Of a stretch of 64,000 bases of DNA, positions 27,138 to 36,000 are shown in pieces (positions within the stretch are counted from its first letter, which is position 1; the number at the start of each line of letters is the position of its first letter). A program made the position numbers and the translations under genes. The notes under the pieces are model-generated. The model searched no databases. It had not been told where the DNA came from and saw only the letters and a program-made list of their open reading frames with translations. The stretch comes from a virus (Duplodnaviria; Caudoviricetes): positions 96,001-160,000 of the IMG/VR virus record IMGVR_UViG_3300029305_004606. One strand, given 5' to 3'.

Positions 27138-28085
27138 ATGAATGCATATGTAAGTGAATCTGTTCGTGCTATGCTTGAACAGAAACAGATTTCTAATATT
27201 TCTGAATCATTTGGTGATTATGCTTTATCAGAAGATGCTCAGGCTATTAGATCAAGAATCAATGATATTGTTACTAAAGGTTCATGTTCTATTGTTGAAA
27301 TGAATGAAGTGATTACAAGTATCAAAGATTCTAATTTATCAGAATCTACTCAAAGATTTCTGGTTAAGAAGATTTTCAACATCTTTAATGAAGCAGATGA
27401 AGAAGAATTTGTAGAAGAAGGTATTGCTTTACTTGGTAATACTAAATTTGATGGAGATCCGGTTAAAAATGCAGAATATATCGCTCTGCTTAAAGAAATG
27501 GACAAATTTGTTGCTCATCTTGTAGATTTATTAGATGCAGATTTTGATATTGCAGACGATATTCTTAATATTCTTGAAACTTCAGCTAAGAGTGCTAAGA
27601 ATAAAGAGGATATCGATAAATGTATTTCTAATTGTCTTAACAGATTTGATGCTGGAAATAAGAAATATAATCAGGATCTTTATAAGGAATATTATCAGAA
27701 GTTTGTTAAATTTAATAGAATCGGTAAGAGTTTCAATAATAGATACTCTAAGATTACTATGGCTGAAAAGAAAATTATTGATGAGAAATTTGATAAGATT
27801 CTTGGAACACTTTATGGTGATATTATCAGAGATTGGTTTAAGTTCGAAGCTTTCAACAATGATACACCTAAGACAGATAAGCTCAATGCAGCTTGGTTAA
27901 AGCTTAAAGAAATTGACAGAGATAAAACTGTTGAACTTTCTAACAGAATTCTCAATCCTATGTATAACTATCTTGCTAAGAGCTGGTCTCAGACAGTTAA
28001 CAATGTTAATTATATGAGAAAAATCTTAGGTATTGAGCTTGAAGATACTATCAAATGGAAAATTGTTCATAAATTGTATAAGTAG
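27138..28085 (+). CDS. Probable internal head protein with cleavable N-terminal propeptide
   Basis: Repeated hydrophobic-x-E-S/A sites in the N-terminal 100 aa (VSES, ISES, LSES, FNEA); late operon. Confidence 0.5.
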   Translation: MNAYVSESVRAMLEQKQISNISESFGDYALSEDAQAIRSRINDIVTKGSCSIVEMNEVITSIKDSNLSESTQRFLVKKIFNIFNEADEEEFVEEGIALLGNTKFDGDPVKNAEYIALLKEMDKFVAHLVDLLDADFDIADDILNILETSAKSAKNKEDIDKCISNCLNRFDAGNKKYNQDLYKEYYQKFVKFNRIGKSFNNRYSKITMAEKKIIDEKFDKILGTLYGDIIRDWFKFEAFNNDTPKTDKLNAAWLKLKEIDRDKTVELSNRILNPMYNYLAKSWSQTVNNVNYMRKILGIELEDTIKWKIVHKLYK

Positions 28086-28094
28086 AATAATAAG

Positions 28095-28126
28095 TCCGGT
28101 GGAGTGATAAACTCCACCGGATTTTT
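28095..28126. terminator. Terminator between convergent genes
   Basis: TCCGGTGGAGT/ACTCCACCGGA stem followed by TTTTT. Confidence 0.8.
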
Positions 28127-28946
28127 ACCGTTTTATTAAACTAGGATCAAACGAAATAGGACAAATTACTTCTTTCTTTTGAACTATTGGTGTAGAATTT
28201 TTATCTTCTATACTAGGAAGAATATAATTATTATTTCTTATCTCATTCATTTGTTCAATCATAGCAGTATTAATACCAGACATATCAGGAAGCATATAGT
28301 TTTGATCAGTGATTTGATAAGTTACTCTATTTTCATCTAATATAGTAGTATTAAGAATTCTACTTTGTTTTTCTTCAGTATACTTTTCTATCCTATCTAA
28401 TATTTCTAATAAACCAGGTTCTATAAAAGGCTCATAATATTGAACAAATACATTATATCTTCCTAATACTTTGTCGGCAGGAATAAATAATCTACTAGCA
28501 TGAGATACTTGATGTACAGTTTCAGATAATGATATAAGTCCAATTATTAATTTATAATGAGCAATCATAACTTCTTTTGCTACCATTTGAACTTCAAGTG
28601 ATTCATTATAATATTTTCTCTTATTTACAACTATTTCAGTTATATCGTGAAGAGAAAAAGGATAATGATGAATTTCAATCTTAATATCAAAAGTTTCAGT
28701 ATTATCTACTCCTTGAATAAAAGCACATTGATTCATTTGCATATAATCTCTTATATATGCTATAAATCTTCTATATTCAAAACTTCTTCTTACAGACTTT
28801 TCTATATCATCTATATAATGCTTATAACTTTTTTCATCTTCTAGACAATAACATTCAAAATCACATACCGGTATTTCTGCATTTGCAATTATAATTTTAT
28901 TTGGTAGATTACTTTCTTGTATTTGTATTCCATCAGGATCAATCAT
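28125..28946 (-). CDS. HNH-like protein (paralog of 16719-17492)
   Basis: EKSVRRSFEY...NQC...IEIHHYP...LSETVHQVSH; AAGGAGG RBS. Confidence 0.6.
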   Translation of the reverse strand: MIDPDGIQIQESNLPNKIIIANAEIPVCDFECYCLEDEKSYKHYIDDIEKSVRRSFEYRRFIAYIRDYMQMNQCAFIQGVDNTETFDIKIEIHHYPFSLHDITEIVVNKRKYYNESLEVQMVAKEVMIAHYKLIIGLISLSETVHQVSHASRLFIPADKVLGRYNVFVQYYEPFIEPGLLEILDRIEKYTEEKQSRILNTTILDENRVTYQITDQNYMLPDMSGINTAMIEQMNEIRNNNYILPSIEDKNSTPIVQKKEVICPISFDPSLIKR

Positions 28947-29120
28947 TATCAGTATCCTCCTTTTTATTTTACATTTAAACTTTTATATAGATATCAATTA
29001 TCGTTTAATTATAATGATATATAATTTATAATATATACAATTATCATATTTTTAATAACTCTCTACGATAAAGTTTTAATTAAGTGTATTTTCAAGATAT
29101 TTTTAACATTATTCAATATA

Positions 29121-29133
29121 ATTATATATTATA
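29121..29133 (+). promoter_or_regulatory. Early-type promoter (ATTATATATTATA)
   Basis: Exact motif; a divergent near-copy (TGTATATATTATA) lies on the minus strand at 29027-29039. Confidence 0.7.
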
Positions 29134-29187
29134 ATTAAGATATAAAGATGATACTATATTAATATTATACAGAAAGGATATTATAAT

Positions 29188-29724
29188 ATGAATGAAGTTA
29201 TTTTTTCTTCAGAAAACAACGAGTATAAAATTAGACTTACAAAACAAAAGAAATTTTTCACTCAATCTCAATTTGGGCAATATAATTGTACAATAGAATT
29301 CTATAATAGTATAAATCTTCTTGTTTTAAAAATTAATTGTACTGAAAAAGAATTATATTTATGCATACAAAAATTATCAGAACTTGGAACAAATATTATG
29401 GTCGTTGGAGATACAGAAGGAATAGAATTATCTTCAGTTATAGAATTTAATTCTACTGGCGATTTGAATAATTATTTTTGGTATTTATCGACAACAAATA
29501 TTACTACATTCCCTATGGATTATCCAACTGATGATGATATTATGTGCTCTATATGTATATTTTCTAATAAAATGGATCAAAATTCATTAAGAATTTTTCT
29601 TCCTATGACATATTCATTTCTTGATGTTATGATATATAATATATATTTAGTTTTAGAAGATATTCCATATTTAGATGAACTGAATAATCAGGTTATAAAG
29701 GAATTTATAGAGGGGGAGTTATAA
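29188..29724 (+). CDS. Hypothetical early protein (paralog of 29726-30304)
   Basis: 178-aa ORF; N-terminal pattern shared with the next gene. Confidence 0.75.
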   Translation: MNEVIFSSENNEYKIRLTKQKKFFTQSQFGQYNCTIEFYNSINLLVLKINCTEKELYLCIQKLSELGTNIMVVGDTEGIELSSVIEFNSTGDLNNYFWYLSTTNITTFPMDYPTDDDIMCSICIFSNKMDQNSLRIFLPMTYSFLDVMIYNIYLVLEDIPYLDELNNQVIKEFIEGEL

Positions 29725-29725
29725 T

Positions 29726-30304
29726 ATGAAAGAACCTGTAGTTTTTAGATCTCAGAATCAAGATATTATAATAGAATTTCAAAAAGAAAAGGTTAATAGG
29801 GTATTTTCATTTGCTAAAACTGATGAAGAAGATAGATATTTATATACTATGATTTTTAAGAATATTTTAGGTTCTATTATAAAAGTTATTCAGCTTTCTG
29901 ATTGTGAAATGTATATACTTCTTGATAATATTTATAATTTTATATATACAAATTCTGATAATATGTCTGTTTCTTTATCATGTAAAGATTCTGTTGGAAA
30001 ATCATATATTTTTGTTATAGATACTGATATAATTGAACCAGAAATATTTGCAGAATATAATTCGTATCAATTATCTCATACATTGTCAATTAAAAGAAAA
30101 AATATTTTTAAGATATATGAACATATTTCTGAATCATTAGTTTCTGTATTATCTTTTGAGATATCTAATTCAATTCCAGAATTTGCAAATTGTATATATG
30201 AAATATGTATACAGGGTATGGATATACCTAGAGAACAATTATCTGAAATTACTGCAACTAATATTGGAACTTTATTAAAACCTGATTTTTTACTTGGAAA
30301 ATAA
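29726..30304 (+). CDS. Hypothetical early protein (paralog of 29188-29724)
   Basis: 192-aa ORF with GGGGAG RBS. Confidence 0.75.
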   Translation: MKEPVVFRSQNQDIIIEFQKEKVNRVFSFAKTDEEDRYLYTMIFKNILGSIIKVIQLSDCEMYILLDNIYNFIYTNSDNMSVSLSCKDSVGKSYIFVIDTDIIEPEIFAEYNSYQLSHTLSIKRKNIFKIYEHISESLVSVLSFEISNSIPEFANCIYEICIQGMDIPREQLSEITATNIGTLLKPDFLLGK

Positions 30305-30332
30305 TAAATTAATACAACCAGAACAGTTCAGT

Positions 30333-30680
30333 AGAATAGAGGGGCGGGGGCAGGGAGAGAGTAGGAATAAAAGGGTCTATTTTATATTAACTATATTTTT
30401 ATAAAAGATAAAGTATTAGTTTAAATTCTATTTAAAATATTAGAATTTTAGGTAAGCAAAAAGTTAAAATTAAAAAACTTTTTGCTTATAAACAATGTGA
30501 TAGAGAATACCCTCTCGGGAGGGGAGTTCCTCCCCTCCCTGGCGGGACGCCACCCCTCCCCTAATATAAGTGCCCGCCATAATAATAGACCCGTACTTTG
30601 TACGAATTTTTTCTTAATATAGTTTATTTTTTGAGATTTGTCCCCTATAGGTTTATAGCCTATAGGGGTTATTTTTCTTT
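30333..30680 (+). ncRNA. Candidate large structured ncRNA (or structured replication origin)
   Basis: AACA-N6-TA promoter at 30322; G-tract at the 5' end; at least six nested helices; terminator at 30642-30680; no ORF. Confidence 0.55.
30642..30680 (+). terminator. Intrinsic terminator
   Basis: CCCCTATAGG/CCTATAGGGG stem followed by TTATTTTTCTTT. Confidence 0.8.
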
Positions 30681-30687
30681 TATTTCT

Positions 30688-30895
30688 AAAAATGTAAAAG
30701 TTGAGTTTTTCAATAATATACTATAATTATGAATAGAAGATAGATATCAATTAAAAGTTGGGATTTTATCTAATATTTAATCTATATATTTTGATATATA
30801 AATATTATAGATTTTACTAGAAATATTAGGTAATCGAAAAATGTAAAAGTCAAGAATTTCGGTTATATAATATAATAGTGAATAAAGAGATATAG
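30688..30895 (+). promoter_or_regulatory. Tandem duplicated early-type promoters
   Basis: AAAAATGTAAAAGT followed by ATAATATACTATA (30713-30725) and again by GTTATATAATATA (30862-30874), each followed by TGAATA. Confidence 0.6.
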
Positions 30896-30927
30896 TTATT
30901 TCTATCAAAAGAAAAGGAGGTGAAAGC

Positions 30928-31044
30928 ATGAAAGGAATAATTATATTATCTGTTGGAATTACAGCAGGATTCTGTCTAGCATGTTATGCATTAGACGAAC
31001 AACCTTCTTATGCTTTTGATAGGTTGGTTGAACATTTTTCCTAA
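30928..31044 (+). CDS. 38-aa membrane peptide (below the ORF-track cutoff)
   Basis: AAGGAGGTG RBS; MKGIIILSVGITAGFCLACYALDEQPSYAFDRLVEHFS. Confidence 0.7.
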   Translation: MKGIIILSVGITAGFCLACYALDEQPSYAFDRLVEHFS

Positions 31045-31109
31045 GATCCGAGGAATAAAACGGATCAATTCGTCATCAAAAAATAATTAAGAAAATGGAG
31101 GAAAGAAAA

Positions 31110-31508
31110 ATGATGAATGTATTAGCAGAAGCTGCGTTATCAGCAGGTGTAAAAACAGGTTGTAAAATTGGAGCAAAAGTAGCTTGTTATGTAGGTGGTA
31201 CATTACTTGGTTATGGAGTAAGCCAGGTGGTAATGCCTGAAGTTCGTAAAAGTATGGACAAATACATGACAAAGAAATTTGGAGAAGAAGCATGGAATCA
31301 TGCTCAGGCTACCGGTCAGTTTACTGAAGAGATGCAAGAAGAAATCAATTGGTACAATTGGGAAGCTACTTGTATCAATGGGTTATGTAATGCAGTTGGA
31401 GCAATCGCTTCAGCATTTGCAGATACTGCAGCTTGTAAAGCAATTGATAAGTCAGAATTTTCAGGTACTTGCAATGGTTTTACAATTGGAAACAATTATA
31501 AGATTTAA
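31110..31508 (+). CDS. Early small membrane-associated protein (Gly/Ala-rich helices)
   Basis: GGAGG precedes ATG 31110; two Gly/Ala-rich hydrophobic segments. Confidence 0.7.
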   Translation: MMNVLAEAALSAGVKTGCKIGAKVACYVGGTLLGYGVSQVVMPEVRKSMDKYMTKKFGEEAWNHAQATGQFTEEMQEEINWYNWEATCINGLCNAVGAIASAFADTAACKAIDKSEFSGTCNGFTIGNNYKI

Positions 31509-31617
31509 GTTTCCAAATTACAATTTCATATGGTAAATATAGTAACTATTAATTTCCCTTGAGGGAACAAATGATACTCTTATTTAAGAAAAATAATATT
31601 ATAAGGAGGACAAAAAT

Positions 31618-32208
31618 ATGAGTATGAAGAGTGTAGCATTAGCAACTATGGGAGCAACAGCAGGTTTTGTAGCAGGTAATTATTTATATAACCTGGATAA
31701 GGAAGCAAACAAATATAAGGAGGTACCTGTACCTTTTTATACAGTACGCAAAGTAGCTGACGATATCAGCAAAGAAACCAAGAAAATGGTTGACGAGATA
31801 AAGGCTAAATGTTGTAAGAATGCTGAAGAAGTTATTGATGAAGATGTTGTGGAAGAAGTAGAACAGCAGATTCATGAGGTAACAGATGAAGAAGTTGCAG
31901 AAGAACTTAAGAGTTCTGAACAGCCTATTATTGACGCTACTGTTGTAGATGGTAAAGCTGTAGAAGTTGATGGAGAAGGAAATCCTGTATCTATGCAAAC
32001 AATTAATGAAGATCAGCAGAATGTTGCAGAATCTTCTCAAACTATAGTTGGAAATACTGAGGAAACAACTATCCCTCAGTTTACTGTAGTTGATCAGGTC
32101 CCTGTAAATAAGGAAGATAAACAGGAAGAAAGTAAAGCTGAAGAGCAGAAAGCCCCTACAACAACTAAAGCTACTACAAAAGGTAGCAAAGCAAAAGCTG
32201 GAAAATAA
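31618..32208 (+). CDS. Early protein with N-terminal Gly-zipper membrane anchor and acidic disordered tail
   Basis: VALATMGATAGFVAGNYLY followed by an E/Q-rich region; AAGGAGG RBS. Confidence 0.75.
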   Translation: MSMKSVALATMGATAGFVAGNYLYNLDKEANKYKEVPVPFYTVRKVADDISKETKKMVDEIKAKCCKNAEEVIDEDVVEEVEQQIHEVTDEEVAEELKSSEQPIIDATVVDGKAVEVDGEGNPVSMQTINEDQQNVAESSQTIVGNTEETTIPQFTVVDQVPVNKEDKQEESKAEEQKAPTTTKATTKGSKAKAGK

Positions 32209-32295
32209 TTAACCAGCTACTTATAAACTGAATACGGAACAAATTAACTAAGATCCCGGGTTGGGATAAATATTAAATTTTTGGAGGACAAGAAT

Positions 32296-32640
32296 ATGGT
32301 AGGAAAGTTATTAGCACAGGCAGGAATTATTGTAGTAGAAACATTAGCAGTTACAGCTGCAAATTATGCAACAAATACATGTATCGATATGTATGCACAT
32401 CCGGATTTAAAGGATTGCAAGACAGATGAAGAGAAAGCTGAAAAGATTCAGAAGTTCGAAAAGACTATGAATATCATTAAGCCGGTTGCTTGTGTTCTTG
32501 AAGCTGGATTAATTGGAGCAGGTGCAGGTCTTGCAATTGAAGCAGTTGACAGATCCGGAAAAGCATCAGCTGTAAAGGAATCTTCTGAAGAGAAGAGTAA
32601 TGAAAGTGCAGCATTAATTGGATGCAACTACCTTATCTAA
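32296..32640 (+). CDS. Early small membrane-associated protein (Gly/Ala-rich helices)
   Basis: GGAGG precedes ATG 32296; same two-helix layout as the 31110 gene. Confidence 0.7.
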   Translation: MVGKLLAQAGIIVVETLAVTAANYATNTCIDMYAHPDLKDCKTDEEKAEKIQKFEKTMNIIKPVACVLEAGLIGAGAGLAIEAVDRSGKASAVKESSEEKSNESAALIGCNYLI

Positions 32641-32675
32641 GGTAGTTGCATTTTCTCATTATGGAGGTAATAAAA

Positions 32676-32939
32676 ATGGCGATTATATTTATAGTATTGG
32701 TTATAGCCAATTGGATTTTGTACCACAAGATGTTTGATGTGGTGTATTTTAATTTTGGAGCCGGCATCTTCAAAGAATTCGCAGCTTGTATTTTCTTGGC
32801 TGGAATTGAGATGGCTCTATTTGCAGCAGCTGGACCTTTTATAATTGCATTATTAGTAGCAGTTGTTATTATCTGCTCTATAAGAAAATATATTAAAAAG
32901 AAAGAAGGTCAAAAGCCTATCCTCCCTAATGAGGATTAA
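32676..32939 (+). CDS. Small integral membrane protein (about 3 TM helices)
   Basis: GGAGGT precedes ATG 32676; hydrophobic segments and basic tail. Confidence 0.75.
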   Translation: MAIIFIVLVIANWILYHKMFDVVYFNFGAGIFKEFAACIFLAGIEMALFAAAGPFIIALLVAVVIICSIRKYIKKKEGQKPILPNED

Positions 32940-32954
32940 AATTTTACAAATAAG

Positions 32955-33000
32955 AGAACCGGTGGGAGTTATGACCCCACCGGTTTCTTTTTTATTTTTT
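32955..33000. terminator. Terminator between convergent genes
   Basis: AACCGGTGGG/CCCACCGGTT stem followed by a long T-tract. Confidence 0.85.
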
Positions 33001-36000
33001 ATACTGTAGTATCATCCCAAGGAATTCCCATGATATCTTTTACAGAACGATCGAGTTCGATCATAAGTTTCTGTAAGCTACCATATATAAATGTACTTGT
33101 AACAAGTCGTTTAGAGATAGATGAATCACCTACAAAAGCATCAATCTTTTCATTAGGTCTAAACTCAGTGTAAGGTTCCTGACCGATAGGGAAGATATTT
33201 TTCTCTACAGCTTTATTTGCTGAGTTATAAACAATCTTATCACCTACACCAACAGTATCAAGATATTCTACATAGAATTCAATCAATACTGCTTCTTGTG
33301 CTCTCTTAAGTTTACCTGTAGGAGGCAAAGCATAATGAGCAGGAACCTTAGACATTGAAAGTCCATTATCTTTGATAATCTTTGCTCTTTTCTTTATAGG
33401 TCTTTCATAGTCTTCAACGATTTTTCTTAATGATTCAGACATATCATCATATTCGATGGTTCTAAACATCTTGATATCAACAAGAGTACCAGTAACTTCA
33501 GATTTAAGTTTTCTTTTTCCAATATCTGAAATATCACCATCAGTTAAAGCATCCATTAATTCTGATGCATCTTCATCATCAACTGCAGTTTCCCACATGA
33601 GAATTGTATCTGAAGCTTCAACATGATCACCTATTTTTCCAATACTGAATACTTTGGAATCTTTATCCACAACAGCAGCGAATTTAACGATAATTCTGGT
33701 AGCAAGTTTCTTCGCCATAGAATCAGATATAATACCTGAATCTTCAAATCCTTCATCAGTATTAAGAATAGCAATCTTAGCAAGTTTTCCAATGTTATAA
33801 GCTAGATTGTTTGATTCACCTAACTTATTAGAGAAACTATACTTGTCATAAGCAAGAATACAATCCTTTTTAAACTTCAAGTTAACTTTAGCTCCATCCA
33901 TAGCATCTAACTTAAGAGGAACAAAGTATCCACCATCAGAGTTCTTTTCAGTAGTTTCAGAAAGATTAATATAATCTTTAGTACCATCTATATACTCTAC
34001 AAGCATATATTCATCCTGCACATATTCTTTGATAATACCATCTTTCTTAGCTTTAAAAGCAAATTTATCTGTAGTCATATAAGGCATAACTTCATCAGAA
34101 CCATTAGTAACTAACAGAGGATCAGAATCTTCTGTTCTAACCATATGTTTAGAAGTCTGAATAAATGACATAGCAGTTCTCATAGGATCATCATGTGTTG
34201 ATCCGAAAGGAATCATTGCTTCTGTAGCAGTTAAAGTATTAGCATCATTCATATTTTCTTTTTTAGATTGCTTTACATAACCTTCTGCAGTTATATTAGC
34301 ATTCATTGTAGACTGTCTTGTAATACCAACATTACCAGCAAAACCTGTAGACATACCTAATACATTTAACATGGAATCATTGTAAGAACGTTTGTCAAGA
34401 GAGTAAGCTCTATCTGCATTCATACCAGAAGGACCCTTAGTTGTAATAGAATTAGTTGTTTCTACATCTCTCAGAGCATTAATACATGAATCATCAGATG
34501 TAATAGTATCTGATAAGAAAGCATCTATAACAGCAGATTGTTTTACTGAAAAACTAGCAAATTTCATTGCATGTTTTAACTGGTTAGAATATACAGCATA
34601 AGCATCTGCCAATGCTTTATAAGCATATACAGAAATTAACTGGTATCTTCTCAATCTTCTTGAAGAAGTATCAGTGTGCTTGATATACTTGTTATCGTTC
34701 AACATAGAATTTCCGTATAACAAAATATCAATAAAGTTTGTAGGAAGATTGTAATACTCAAGAGATTCTTTAATCATAGGATCTACAAACAGGTTATAGA
34801 AGTTATCCAAACCATCAAGTTTCATTCTTCCGCCATAATCATCCATGAATTCTGTATACATACCCTTATTATTAATCTCATTAATATTATACATCTCTGT
34901 ATTACATACCTTGAGACCGTTCATAAGTAAACCAGTTTCATAATTCAAATCATAGACAATATATCCATCATTAAATTCAATCCAGTCTTTGTTTACATCA
35001 TTCTTAATTTCTTTAGAAAGATCTTTTACAATTTCATAGTTGATACCGGCTCTCTTCATTACAGGTTCCAGACCAATATAATAAGCACAAATCAAAATAA
35101 GAGGAATCTTTTCACTCATAATAGAAGCTCTAGAATAAGCAGATACTCTAGGTCTAGTTTGAACATCAAATAACTTTTTAAATTCTTCGTCTACTTTGAA
35201 AATATTTAAACAAAGCATATTGACGAATGTATCAACAATATCAGGAGGGAAATATTCAACAGCATCAAGTTTCTTATTATAAGCAAATGGGAAACCTTTT
35301 CCTGATTCTACTTTATATTTCTTTCTTAATTCATCCTGATTGAAATATACAATCCAATCCTCAGTTTCAATTCTACTAAGAGATCCAGCCAAATCGATAT
35401 AATCTACAGGCAAGTTATACTTAGCACAAACTTTTGTATTATTACCAGTAATAAACTTAATCTTTCTACCAGTATATTTCTTAGCAGCTTTTAATAACTT
35501 AGATACAGCAGGTAATGTTCTACCGGCAGAATCATTAAATCTATATAAGAAAATCTTATTATAGTTAGAAATCAACTGACAAGTTCCCAAATCTGTCTTA
35601 ATAATAGGCATATTAAAGAACTGTGTTTGAATAGACTTACTGTTACCACGAAGTAAGAATCTATTATCTTCCATAATAGGAATATCTAACTTGATTCTAT
35701 ATCTCTTTCCTCTATAGTCTTCCATATCCACATCATAAGTCATAACTCTATCTTCTGAAGTAGAAGTATCTTCGACTTTAAGATCTCTAACAACAATAGG
35801 TCTAGTACAGTTGTTGAAGAAACGGAAAATATTAATAATATCTTTATCAATATTATAATTCTTATCGAAATTAATATATGATAAATCCTTCCATTCTTCT
35901 TTATTCGGAGATGCTACATCAACTGTAGTTTTTTCTTCTTTCTTATCAGATTCATCTTCAAGGATTTCTTTAACAGTTTTACCTTTTACAGATTTATCTA

